A stretch of 64,000 bases of DNA from contig LCGZ01000004.1 of NCBI GenBank assembly GCA_001000065.1, positions 128,867 through 192,866 on the forward strand. The letters run 5' to 3'. The stretch comes from a candidate division TM6 bacterium GW2011_GWF2_43_87. GTDB lineage: Bacteria > Babelota > Babeliae > Babelales > Babelaceae. Below the pieces are notes generated by a model. It made no database searches and was not told where the DNA came from. It worked only from the letters and a program-made list of their open reading frames with translations. Below are positions 9,640-19,169 of this stretch, piece after piece. Within the stretch, counting starts at the first letter, position 1; each line of letters begins with the position of its first letter. The position numbers and the translations under genes were made by a program.

Positions 9640-10128
9640 ATGAATTCTTTTGGGAAAAAAATTATAGATCGCTTTGTTAAAAAGGGTGTATCACCACATA
9701 AAGTAGCCTGGTCTTCGTCATGGGGAATGTATTTAGCGTTTTCTCCTTTTCTGGGGATACAGACGATATTGGTATTCATTGTTGCGTTTTTTTTTAGAGC
9801 CCAAGCAAGCGTAGTATTTACGGTTTTGTATACTGTCAATAATCCTTGGACCATGATTCCTATAGTGCTTATGGACTATCTTTTTGGAGTTTGGTTGTTC
9901 CAGATTTTTGGTATTAGTATGGCAGCCTATGAACCTTATTGGATGGGTTGGGTGAATGCAAAGCTTACGCCGTACCTAACTCCATATCTTGGAGTTCAGC
10001 AGCTTAAGATCTGGCCTTACTTGGTAGGTGGGAATATTATTGCTATTATTGCTGCATGCATTACTTATCCCGTTATAAAACGAGTCTATTTGCGTGGATT
10101 TGAGGCTGCCAAAAGACGCGTCGCTTAA
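9640..10128 (+). CDS. DUF2062-family membrane protein
   Basis: AAGGAGAG RBS then ATG at 9640. MNSFGKKIIDRFVKKGVSPHKVAWSSSWGMYLAFSPFLG… matches DUF2062. Confidence 0.6.
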   Translation: MNSFGKKIIDRFVKKGVSPHKVAWSSSWGMYLAFSPFLGIQTILVFIVAFFFRAQASVVFTVLYTVNNPWTMIPIVLMDYLFGVWLFQIFGISMAAYEPYWMGWVNAKLTPYLTPYLGVQQLKIWPYLVGGNIIAIIAACITYPVIKRVYLRGFEAAKRRVA

Positions 10129-10322
10129 ATTATTGCGTTTCATGGTTTTCATTGTCTTATAGAACCAGTCCGTCAGCGCGTTCGAAAAGATATTTTTAAG
10201 CCAATCTTGTAATAAAACACTCAAAGAGCCATTTCTGCGCGCTGTTGAATTTGACAAAAAATCGAGAAGATTTATAGTGTAATTTATATCAATATTAAAG
10301 TGATCAGATGGAGGAATATTTG

Positions 10323-11231
10323 ATGGAAAAGTTTTTTATGAATAAAAAATTGAATCGCATAGTTATAGCTTTATTGTTGGGCGCTTTTGCAGGATTTATT
10401 GAAGCTGCAAATACACAGGCTACTGAAGATTTTTTTAAAGCGGTTAGTCAAAAAGACTTTGTTGCAGCTGATCAGGCTATTGCAGATGGTGCGGATATAA
10501 ATGGGGTTGATACGTTAGGCCGCACGCCTCTTCATTGCGCTACAGAGATAGATAATAATATTGAAGCCATTAAATATTTGGTTGGCAAGGGTGTGGACGT
10601 TGATAAAATCAATTACACGACACTTTGTCCGCCTTTGTACGAGGCGCTGAAGCGTGGAGATTTTGAAGCTATAGAATGTTTAGTTGGTGCAAAAGCTAAT
10701 ATAAAACTCCCTTATACCACTAACACTGCGTGGAATTTTCTTCATGATGCTGCGAGGGAAAATTGGAAGGTTTCAGTTATAAAATATTTAATTGAGCAGG
10801 GCTTAAATATTGATCAAGCTAATACTGCGGGTGAGACCCCTTTGCATCTTGCTGCACAGAACGGAAATGAAGCCGTTGTCAGGTGCTTGGTTGAAGCGGG
10901 GGCTTCTATTTCTTTAAAGAATGTGAACAATAAAACACCTCGCGATGAGGCGGTCGAAAATAAACAGTCTCTTGTAGTTGATTATTTAGATAGTTTTTCT
11001 TTGTCTTCTTCGCTTTCTTCCAAAATGAGAGCGTTTGTAAGTCGGCATAAAGTGTTGATAAGCGGTATTTCTGCGGTAGCAATTTTGGCTGCAGGTGCGC
11101 GTTTGTGGTATGCTCGTCGCCGTAGGTTGCCATTTATTCCGTCTTTTTGGGGTAAGCGAGGCCTTCCGTTTGTGTCAAAGGTGTCATCTACTCATGGGGT
11201 GATTACGCCCAATCTGTTTTCACGCGTATAA
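10323..11231 (+). CDS. Ankyrin-repeat protein with signal peptide and conserved C-terminal TM-plus-tail module (array member 1)
   Basis: GGAGGAA RBS. MEKFFMNKK…FAGFIEA signal peptide. ANK repeats. C-terminus ISGISAVAILAAGARLWYARRRRLPFIPSFWGKRG…. Confidence 0.8.
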   Translation: MEKFFMNKKLNRIVIALLLGAFAGFIEAANTQATEDFFKAVSQKDFVAADQAIADGADINGVDTLGRTPLHCATEIDNNIEAIKYLVGKGVDVDKINYTTLCPPLYEALKRGDFEAIECLVGAKANIKLPYTTNTAWNFLHDAARENWKVSVIKYLIEQGLNIDQANTAGETPLHLAAQNGNEAVVRCLVEAGASISLKNVNNKTPRDEAVENKQSLVVDYLDSFSLSSSLSSKMRAFVSRHKVLISGISAVAILAAGARLWYARRRRLPFIPSFWGKRGLPFVSKVSSTHGVITPNLFSRV

Positions 11232-11269
11232 GCTTTAAATAAGAGCCTGTGAATAGGGAGGAGTCTTTG

Positions 11270-12163
11270 ATGGAAAAATTTTTTATTCATAAAAAATTTA
11301 ATCGCATAGTTATAGCTTTATTGCTGGGCGCTTTTGCAGGATCTGTTAAAGCTGCAAACACACAGGCTACTGAAAATTTTTTTGAAGCGGTTAATCAAAA
11401 AGACTTTGTTTCAGCTGATCAGGCTATTGCAGATGGTGCGGATATAAATGGGGTTGATAAATTAGGCCGTACTCCTCTTCATTGCGCTACAGAAATAAGT
11501 AATAATATTGAAACCATTAAATATTTGGTTGGCAAGGGTGTGGACGTTGATAAAATCCATAACAAGACACGTTGTCCGGCTTTGTACGAGGCGCTGAAGC
11601 GTGGAGATTTTGAAGCCATTGAATGTTTGGTTGGTGCAAAAGCCAATATAAAACTCCCTTATATCAACACGTGGAATTTTCTTCATGATGCTGCGACGGA
11701 AAATTGGAGCGCTTCAGTTGTAAAGTATTTAATTGAGCATGACTTAAACATTGATCAAGTTAATGTTGCGTATCAGAGCTCTCTGCATATTGCTGCACGG
11801 GAAGGAAATTATGGCATTGTCAAGTGCTTGGTTGAAGCGGGAGCCTCTATTTCTTTAAAGGATGAGAACAATAAAACACCTCGCGATTTGGCGGTCGAAA
11901 ATAATCATTCTCTTATAGTTGATTATTTAGATAGTTTTTATGTGCCCTTTTATAAAATGAGAGCATTTGTAAGGCGGTATAAAGTGTTGATAAGCGGTAT
12001 TTCTGCGGTAGCAATTTTGGCTGCAGGTGCGCGCGGGTGGTATGCTCGTCGTAATAGGTTGCCATTTATACCGTCTTTTTTGGGTAAACGAGGCCTTTCG
12101 TCCGTGTCAAAGGTGCCATCTACTCATGGGGTGATTACGCCTAATCTGTTTTCACATGTATAA
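11270..12163 (+). CDS. Ankyrin-repeat protein, array member 2 (close paralog of 10323..11231)
   Basis: N-terminus and C-terminus nearly identical to member 1. ANK repeats. Confidence 0.8.
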   Translation: MEKFFIHKKFNRIVIALLLGAFAGSVKAANTQATENFFEAVNQKDFVSADQAIADGADINGVDKLGRTPLHCATEISNNIETIKYLVGKGVDVDKIHNKTRCPALYEALKRGDFEAIECLVGAKANIKLPYINTWNFLHDAATENWSASVVKYLIEHDLNIDQVNVAYQSSLHIAAREGNYGIVKCLVEAGASISLKDENNKTPRDLAVENNHSLIVDYLDSFYVPFYKMRAFVRRYKVLISGISAVAILAAGARGWYARRNRLPFIPSFLGKRGLSSVSKVPSTHGVITPNLFSHV

Positions 12164-12226
12164 GCTTTAAATAGGTGGGATTTTAGATTATAGGGTAAAG
12201 AGCCCGTGAATATGGAGGAATATTCA

Positions 12227-13309
12227 ATGGAAAAGTTTTTTATGAATAAAAAACTAAATTGCGTAGTTATGGCTCTGTTGCTGGGCGTTTTTGCAGGATC
12301 TGTTGAAGCCACTAACAATCAAAATGCTCAGGCTGATAAAGATTTTTTAAGGGCTATTGCTGATCGCAATTGTGGCGCGGCTGCTCAGGCTCTTAATAAT
12401 GGGGCGAAGATAGATGGGACTGGCGACTGGACTCCGCTTCATTATGCCGCTCTTCATGGCTGGGGCGTTAACGTGGTTCAATTTCTTATTGATAATGGTG
12501 CCAACGTTAATCAGATTAATAATAATGACGACACTCCTTTGTCATTGGCGTTTGAGCTTGGACATGTTGATATAGTGCGTTGCTTGGTTGAAGCAGGTGC
12601 CGACATAAATCAAACTGATAAGGTGGGATGGAGTCTACTTCATTATGCTGCATTTAATGGGTGGGACTTTGCATGTTTCAATTATTTGGTTAGTAAGGGC
12701 GCGGATATTCAAAAAATTAGTGATGACAATGATTCTCCGTTGTCTTGTGCTTTTCAAAGTGGGTATCTTGATGCGGCTCGTTGTTTAATAAAAGCTGGTG
12801 CTTCTATAAATGTTATTGCTCCAGATGGTAGTAACTTGCTTCATCGTGCTGCCTATGATAATTGGAATGTGAAAAGTGTTAAATATCTGATTGAGCAGGG
12901 TGTGGCTATTGATAAAGTCAATAATAATAACGAGACGCCTTTATTGTTGGCAGCGCAGAGGGGTCACCTTGACGTTGTTCGGTGTTTGGTTGAAGCAGGA
13001 GCTTCTTTCTCTATAAAGAATACTGCGGGTCAAACAGCCCGCGATTTGGCAGTCCAGGGAATACATCCACTGGTAGTTAGTTATTTAGATAACCCATTTT
13101 TAAAGTTATATAGAGCAAAAGCGTTTGTAAAAAGGCATAAATTTTCACTAACAGCGACTGCCACTTTGGCCACAGTAGGTGTTCGTTGGTGGTATGCTCG
13201 TCGCCATGGGTTGTCATTTGTGCCATCATTTTTTAGTAGGCGGGGCTTCTTTTCAGTTTCAAAGATGACGCCTGTTCAAATAGCCCCGCGCACGCAGTTT
13301 TGTCTGTAG
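12227..13309 (+). CDS. Ankyrin-repeat protein, array member 3
   Basis: MEKFFMNKK signal peptide. Multiple ANK repeats. C-terminus RWWYARRHGLSFVPSFFSRRG…. Confidence 0.8.
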   Translation: MEKFFMNKKLNCVVMALLLGVFAGSVEATNNQNAQADKDFLRAIADRNCGAAAQALNNGAKIDGTGDWTPLHYAALHGWGVNVVQFLIDNGANVNQINNNDDTPLSLAFELGHVDIVRCLVEAGADINQTDKVGWSLLHYAAFNGWDFACFNYLVSKGADIQKISDDNDSPLSCAFQSGYLDAARCLIKAGASINVIAPDGSNLLHRAAYDNWNVKSVKYLIEQGVAIDKVNNNNETPLLLAAQRGHLDVVRCLVEAGASFSIKNTAGQTARDLAVQGIHPLVVSYLDNPFLKLYRAKAFVKRHKFSLTATATLATVGVRWWYARRHGLSFVPSFFSRRGFFSVSKMTPVQIAPRTQFCL

Positions 13310-13313
13310 GTTG

Positions 13314-13940
13314 TTAATCAGTAACTTTAAGTATAACGTCGGGTGCCGTTAGAGCATACGGTACTCCTTTGGCTGTTAATATCATGCCATCTTCATTGAT
13401 GAGAGTTATCTCTCTTCCCACAGAGCCTTGAGCTAACCATTTTCCTTTTTCATCAATTAAAACAAGCTGTTCAGGCTTCCCTCGTAGACTATTTTCGCCT
13501 GGTACACCCGTGGCAAATTTGGCATCTACGTCAACGCGTCGGATATTAGATAAGGATTGACCGCGATAGTTTCCATCAACCCAGATATCTAGAGGTTTAT
13601 GTTTGTTGCCTTCAAATTCAACACGAGCTCCACGCAACACGTGTTTGTCAAAAATGCCTCCAAAGACATTGAGTTCTAAATGTCCAATCCAGTCGTACAT
13701 CACGGCTTTGCCTGGTTCTACGGTTATGATTCTATCGGAAAAGACAAATCCTTTAGATAGTGTTTCTCGTGCTGTTTCTGTCCAAATGTAAGGTTTTATA
13801 AATACCCTACCTTTGGTGAAGTTCTCAAAATATATATCAATGTTAGGGGCAAACGGGTTGGCGTTTGCTTGTATTAGGGATCCACAAAAGAGTGGAATGA
13901 TAATTAAAAAAAATCTATTTTTCATAATGGTTTTCCTCAT
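13314..13940 (-). CDS. Secreted hypothetical protein, triplet paralog A
   Basis: Signal peptide. Conserved core KPYIWTETAR…VMYDWIGHLE…RGARVEFEGN…IWVDG is shared with the next two genes. Confidence 0.6.
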   Translation of the reverse strand: MRKTIMKNRFFLIIIPLFCGSLIQANANPFAPNIDIYFENFTKGRVFIKPYIWTETARETLSKGFVFSDRIITVEPGKAVMYDWIGHLELNVFGGIFDKHVLRGARVEFEGNKHKPLDIWVDGNYRGQSLSNIRRVDVDAKFATGVPGENSLRGKPEQLVLIDEKGKWLAQGSVGREITLINEDGMILTAKGVPYALTAPDVILKVTD

Positions 13941-14527
13941 TTTGATTTAAAGACAAATTCAGCATCTGGTGATGCTAAGGGATAACTGACACCGCGAATG
14001 GATACTTTAAGTGTTTCATCGTCAATAGAATCTTCTTGCCATACTTCTGCTCCATTTGCTATCCAGCTTCCCGAGAGGGTTGGCTTTTCTGCAGGTCCTT
14101 TTAGAGCATTGATACCGATGGTGTCTTTTGCCAGGAATGTTCCCGCGATGATGCCTCTTACAAAGCCTTTTGTGATTGCACCATACCAAATTTCGATGGC
14201 AGGGTGACTGTTATCCAAAAATTCTACTCGAGCACCGCGAATAATCTGTCTAAAAGGACTTATCTCCCCACTGACTATCCAATCAAACATGACGGATTCT
14301 TGTGGATTTACAAAGTAAGGTTTTCGGTTTGAGTTGATTATCCATCCATTTGGAGTCCAGACATAGGGAAGTGCTTTTAAGGTTGTGGTAGGTAAAAGAT
14401 TTTTTATCCACCCTTCTGCACTAAGATTGGGGGAGGATTTTATAGGCGCTATAAATGCAAAAGCAGCTCCGATTAAAAGGAGGCTTGGATGCATTGCCAT
14501 AATTATCCATCGATAAAGATTTTTCAT
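13937..14527 (-). CDS. Secreted hypothetical protein, triplet paralog B
   Basis: Signal peptide. LPYVWTPNGW…VMFDWIVSGE…RGARVEFLDN…IWYGA. Confidence 0.6.
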   Translation of the reverse strand: MKNLYRWIIMAMHPSLLLIGAAFAFIAPIKSSPNLSAEGWIKNLLPTTTLKALPYVWTPNGWIINSNRKPYFVNPQESVMFDWIVSGEISPFRQIIRGARVEFLDNSHPAIEIWYGAITKGFVRGIIAGTFLAKDTIGINALKGPAEKPTLSGSWIANGAEVWQEDSIDDETLKVSIRGVSYPLASPDAEFVFKSK

Positions 14528-14538
14528 GATTTAATCCT

Positions 14539-15150
14539 TTATATTTTTTTGAATAAGAAGCGTACGTCTGGTGATTGAGTAATGGGGTAAGCGACGCCCT
14601 CAGCCGCAATTAAAAGACCTTCGCCTTTATAAAATTCAATACGATTTTCCTTGAATCCCTGAGCCATCCACCAATTTTTTGCATCTTTTAGAACGGGCTG
14701 ATCAGGATGACCTACAATACACCCTTGTCCTATGACGGGCGTTGCAAGAGAGACGCAGGCTTCGGCGCGTCGAACATTTATTAAAGGTCCATCTCCACTA
14801 AAGGTAGCTGCAAACCAGATTTCAAAATTTCTGTCACCGACCTGAACAAGTGCACCTTTCATAAATGTTTTTCCAAAGGCGGCTGCTATTCCCGATGCTT
14901 CAATTCCCCAAATCCAGTCAAACATTACGCGTTCACCGGGCTTTACAATATAGGGAGCGCGGGCTGTATTTAAGACCCACCCTTTTGAATTTGTGTCTCG
15001 AGCCGCAGCGGTCCAGACAAATGGCTTGACTATAACATCTTGGTCAAAGTCATTGTGAATCCAACCCTGAAGATTGCCGTCCGTATTCGCGTTTGCAAAG
15101 AACGAACATAACAGAATGACTAGAGGTACATAATTTAATTTATTCCACAT
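14539..15150 (-). CDS. Secreted hypothetical protein, triplet paralog C
   Basis: Signal peptide. KPFVWTAAAR…VMFDWIWGIE…KGALVQVGDRNFEIWFAA. Confidence 0.6.
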   Translation of the reverse strand: MWNKLNYVPLVILLCSFFANANTDGNLQGWIHNDFDQDVIVKPFVWTAAARDTNSKGWVLNTARAPYIVKPGERVMFDWIWGIEASGIAAAFGKTFMKGALVQVGDRNFEIWFAATFSGDGPLINVRRAEACVSLATPVIGQGCIVGHPDQPVLKDAKNWWMAQGFKENRIEFYKGEGLLIAAEGVAYPITQSPDVRFLFKKI

Positions 15151-15410
15151 GAAACCTACTCCTTTTGGTTTTATTTAGTTTTTATAGTATCCATCTCTTA
15201 TTTTAGACTAACAAAATTCATTTCAATTTTGCAATAAAAACATTGAAAAAGTCGGGCATTTTTCCCTTGTTTTTGACAAAAAAGAAGATTGTTTTATACT
15301 ATAGTTCATGTTGTATGCTTGGCACCAATGTCACTAAATTTCCAGCGAGTCAAAATTAAGAATGTTCTCGCCATTGCATTCAGCAAGAACATTTTATGGA
15401 GGAAAATTCG

Positions 15411-17750
15411 ATGATTAAGAAAAGTTTATATCTATTTCTTTTGCTACCACTTTGTCTGTTTGTTTTTTCCATGCGCGCTATGGAAATTAATGAAAAGCCT
15501 GTTCCTGGTGATGCCGAGCCTGAGATTCAAGAGAAAGAAGTAGTAATTGATCAAGAGGAGACTCTTTTTCAATTGATAGAGGCTGGTGATACACAGAAAT
15601 TTTTAGAGGTGTTTTCAGAGCAGCTATTAAAAAAAGATATTGATTTAGAGTATTTTAGAGAAGAGGATCATCAAACACTTCTTTCACTTGCTGCGAGCAA
15701 GGGAAATATTACGGTAGCTAAGGCGCTTATAGATGCCGGAGCTATGATTGATAATAATAACAAAAACAACGACCTGCCAATAGAAGGAAACGGTCGTTTA
15801 CCTTTGCATGAGTCTATAGAGCATGGACAGCTTGAAATGATTAAGTATTTAATTTGTAACTTTTCTCTTATGCGAGATAAAAAAGCCGCCATGTCTAAAC
15901 GCATTGCTTTTTTGTCCTGTAATATAGACCCGTTTAATGGCAAAACTCCATTGCATAAAGCCGTTGAATCTGGATCTTGTCAAATTACACAATTCCTTTT
16001 GGATAGCTTTATAGAAAGTTTTAAGGATAAAGAGTTAGGCGCGCATGAATGCGCGATTAACTTTATGAGTATTACTGACTATGCCGGAGAATCTGCGTTG
16101 CACCGGGCTGTTGTGAGTGGTAACATTGAAATGGTTAAGCTTCTCATACATTATTTTTCTTCTACATTATTTGAAGTTGTTAACGGGAACGTGATTTCAT
16201 TAAAAAATTTTGTGAACGCATACTCAATTCGAAGTGCCCGTTGTATAGCAGGGGGGCTTGCGCCGCTGCATATGGCTGTAAAAAATAATGATCTTGCTAT
16301 GGTCAAATGTTTGGTGGAAAGCGGTGTCGGTGTTGAGATAGATGCGCAGGATGATTGGGGGCTGACTCCGGTGCAGAGAGCGGCGACATGTGGCTATTTT
16401 GAGATAGTCACATATTTGCTCGAAAAGGGAGCGGATCTGTTTTGTCCTAGCTTTGCCATGGAGGATGGAAAGCAACTGTTTTTTAATCGGATGAAGGAGC
16501 AGCGGGAAAAGTGGGAAGTAGAGCTTCTTGCAACCGTCAAGTCTCTTGCGACTGCTGAGTTGGAGAAATGCGAGATTGAGCAGGAGCTTAAGAAGGGTGA
16601 AAGAGAGCCTTTGTGCTGTGTGCCCTTGAAGAAGCGGTTGCTTAGACGGGAGCAATTGCTTAAGGTGTTTGCGCAGAAAAAAATAGAACTAGAGCAGCAG
16701 ATAAAAAATATGTCGCAGACGCTACTATTTTTGGAAACACAATTTCCTGATGAGCATAAAGAGAAGGTTAAAGAAGCGAAAATTAATGAAGAGCCCGTTG
16801 TTGTTGATGCTGAGCTCGTGGCATTGTGTCCAGATGAACTTCTGTTCACGGCATTAGAAAGAGGGGTCTTGCAAGAGGTTAAGCACGCCCTTGAAGAGAA
16901 ATTTGCAAATATTGAAGGGTGTGATGCCTATGCGTGCACGCCTCTTTTGGCTGCTGCGTCTAAGGCTGGTCCTGCTTATGTTACTATTGTAAAGTATTTG
17001 ATTGATCAGGGTGCTGATTTGACGGCCGTTGATTTTTACAAAAATTCGGCTCTCCATTTAGCTGCTTTGAATGAAAATATGGGGACGATTAGGGTTCTGC
17101 TTGAAGCAGGAGTTTCGTGCGATGCTGTAAATAGTGAAAATGTTTCGGCAGGAGCAATGGTTGCAAAGGCAGCGGCATTTGATGCGGTTGATTCTGGTGA
17201 TATTAATCGCGTTCGAGGAGTAATCGGCGCGCAAATGCCAATAGATACCTTGGCAAACAAACGCGGGGAAAAGCTTTTACATTGTGCGGTTTTGACGGGG
17301 AGTTGTGACGTTGTACGTTTCTTAGTTGTTGAGCGAAGTGCAACTATTAATGTTGTGGATGCTAATGGAAATACACCAATGCACAATCTTGCATGTATGA
17401 TAAACCCTGCTCCCATTATGAATTTTTTGCTTCAGTTTAACCCGGATGTTAATAAGAAAAATAATGCAGGCCTAACCCCTTTGGATCTAGCTGTTAAAGA
17501 GAATAACTTAGAAGTACAACAGATCTTTAAGGGATATGCTGCGCGGCGGCAGCCTAGCTCATTATGGGGGAAGAGATGGTTTAAGGGGTTTGTTGTAGGC
17601 GGGAGTATTTTTGCAGGCATGAGCTTGCGGTGGTGGTATGCGCGTCGGCATGGCGTGTCTTTTATACCTAAATTTAATTGGTTTGGTAAGCAGAGAATTT
17701 CTGCAATGCCAAAGGTAACAGGTCCAGTTATTGCACCAATGGCTGTATGA
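15411..17750 (+). CDS. Large ankyrin-repeat protein (~780 aa) with signal peptide, central coiled-coil-like region and the conserved C-terminal module (array member 4)
   Basis: GGAGGAAAA RBS. Many ANK repeats in two blocks. C-terminus LRWWYARRHGVSFIPKFNWFGKQRISAMPKVTGPVIAPMAV. Confidence 0.8.
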   Translation: MIKKSLYLFLLLPLCLFVFSMRAMEINEKPVPGDAEPEIQEKEVVIDQEETLFQLIEAGDTQKFLEVFSEQLLKKDIDLEYFREEDHQTLLSLAASKGNITVAKALIDAGAMIDNNNKNNDLPIEGNGRLPLHESIEHGQLEMIKYLICNFSLMRDKKAAMSKRIAFLSCNIDPFNGKTPLHKAVESGSCQITQFLLDSFIESFKDKELGAHECAINFMSITDYAGESALHRAVVSGNIEMVKLLIHYFSSTLFEVVNGNVISLKNFVNAYSIRSARCIAGGLAPLHMAVKNNDLAMVKCLVESGVGVEIDAQDDWGLTPVQRAATCGYFEIVTYLLEKGADLFCPSFAMEDGKQLFFNRMKEQREKWEVELLATVKSLATAELEKCEIEQELKKGEREPLCCVPLKKRLLRREQLLKVFAQKKIELEQQIKNMSQTLLFLETQFPDEHKEKVKEAKINEEPVVVDAELVALCPDELLFTALERGVLQEVKHALEEKFANIEGCDAYACTPLLAAASKAGPAYVTIVKYLIDQGADLTAVDFYKNSALHLAALNENMGTIRVLLEAGVSCDAVNSENVSAGAMVAKAAAFDAVDSGDINRVRGVIGAQMPIDTLANKRGEKLLHCAVLTGSCDVVRFLVVERSATINVVDANGNTPMHNLACMINPAPIMNFLLQFNPDVNKKNNAGLTPLDLAVKENNLEVQQIFKGYAARRQPSSLWGKRWFKGFVVGGSIFAGMSLRWWYARRHGVSFIPKFNWFGKQRISAMPKVTGPVIAPMAV

Positions 17751-17765
17751 GTTTTTTAAAATGGA

Positions 17766-18446
17766 ATGGGATTTTTGTTAGCGGCATTACTCTGTTCTTT
17801 TGCAGGGTTTGTTAAAGCTCAAGATACAAGAAGTCAGGTCACTGAAGAGTTTATGGATGCCGTTGATAACTCTGACTTTAATTTAGCCGACGAAAAGTTA
17901 GCACATGGTGCAGACATAAATGGGGCTGACAAAGATGGATGGGCTGCTTTGCACTTTAGGGCTTTGTCAGGTGATTTGCGTGGTGTGTGGTATTTGTTTG
18001 CTTGTCATGCAAATATAAATCAAAAGAATGTTGAGGGTAAAACTCCTTTGCATTTGGCGGCAGCATATGGCCATCTTGGCGTTGTAAAATATTTAGTTGA
18101 ACAAGGTGCCGATATTTTTAGTAAGGACAATGACGGGAAAACTGCTCGGGATCTTGCAGCTGATGGTAAGCATCAACTGGTGGTTAGCTATTTAACTAGT
18201 GCTGTTATATGGCAGGCGCGCCTAGATAGAAGCCGTAGTTTTGATAAATCCCGTGGTTTTTTAGAGAGCCGTAAGGATTTAATGGTCTGTTTTTCTGCAG
18301 CGGCAGTTCTTGTGGTTGGTTTGCGCTGGTGGTATGCGCGTCGGCATGGTCTGTCTTTTATACCTAAAATCAATTGGTTTGGTAGGCAGAGAATTTCTGC
18401 AATGCCAAAGGTAATGGGTCCCGTTATTGCATCAATGGCTGTATGA
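17766..18446 (+). CDS. Ankyrin-repeat protein, array member 5 (short leader)
   Basis: ANK repeats plus C-terminus RWWYARRHGLSFIPKINWFGRQRISAMPKVMGPVIASMAV. The leader MGFLLAALLCSFAGFVKA is shortened relative to member 6. Confidence 0.7.
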   Translation: MGFLLAALLCSFAGFVKAQDTRSQVTEEFMDAVDNSDFNLADEKLAHGADINGADKDGWAALHFRALSGDLRGVWYLFACHANINQKNVEGKTPLHLAAAYGHLGVVKYLVEQGADIFSKDNDGKTARDLAADGKHQLVVSYLTSAVIWQARLDRSRSFDKSRGFLESRKDLMVCFSAAAVLVVGLRWWYARRHGLSFIPKINWFGRQRISAMPKVMGPVIASMAV

Positions 18447-18461
18447 GTTTTTTAAAATGGA

Positions 18462-19154
18462 ATGGGATTGTTTATGAATAAGATATTAAATAGCATGTTG
18501 TTAGCGGCATTACTCTGTTCTTTTGCAGGGTTTGTTAAAGCTGAAGATACAAGAAGTCAGGTCACTAAAGAGTTTATGGATGCAGTTCGTAACTCTGACT
18601 TTAACTTAGCCGACGAAAAGCTAGCAAATGGTGCAGACATAAATGGGGTTGATGAAGATAGTTGGATTGCTCTTGGTGACCGCGCTTTTTTCGGAAAATT
18701 GGATGCAGTTAAGTATTTAATTGACCATAATGCAGATATTGAAAGCGGATATAGTAGTAATTGTCAAACTCCACTGAGCCTCGCCGCAGAGGAAGGGGAG
18801 TTTGAGGTTGCAAAGTATTTGGTTGAAGCGGGTGCTGATATTTACAGCAGAGATGAAGATGGTAAAACTCCGCGCGATTTTGCAGTTGAAAAAACCCATC
18901 AACGGGTAGTTGATTATTTTGATAACCTCACTTTTTTGCAGCGGCGTTTTTATAAAATCAGAGCCGTCGTAAAAAGACATAAAATTTTATTAGCTAGTCT
19001 TTCGACAGCGGCAGTTCTTGCGGGCGGCTTGCGGTGGTGGTATGCACGTCAGCATGGTGTGCCTTTTATACCTAAATTCAATTGGTTTGGTAAGCAGAGA
19101 ATTTCTGCAATGCCAAAGGTAACAGGTCCAGTTATTGCACCAATGGCTGTATGA
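18462..19154 (+). CDS. Ankyrin-repeat protein, array member 6
   Basis: Signal peptide MGLFMNKILNSMLLAALLCSFAGFVKA. ANK repeats. Conserved C-terminus. Confidence 0.75.
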   Translation: MGLFMNKILNSMLLAALLCSFAGFVKAEDTRSQVTKEFMDAVRNSDFNLADEKLANGADINGVDEDSWIALGDRAFFGKLDAVKYLIDHNADIESGYSSNCQTPLSLAAEEGEFEVAKYLVEAGADIYSRDEDGKTPRDFAVEKTHQRVVDYFDNLTFLQRRFYKIRAVVKRHKILLASLSTAAVLAGGLRWWYARQHGVPFIPKFNWFGKQRISAMPKVTGPVIAPMAV

Positions 19155-19169
19155 GTTTTTTAAAATGGA

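Noticed and set aside
8853-9854. 333-aa minus-strand ORF upstream of tsaD
   Set aside because: Its N-terminal about 100 codons would overlap the divergent DUF2062 gene and lack an RBS. An internal ATG at 9548 with an RBS and a clean signal peptide was used instead.
9487-10128. 213-aa version of the DUF2062 ORF
   Set aside because: The first about 50 codons overlap the minus-strand gene. The ATG at 9640 has an AAGGAG RBS and starts the conserved DUF2062 sequence.
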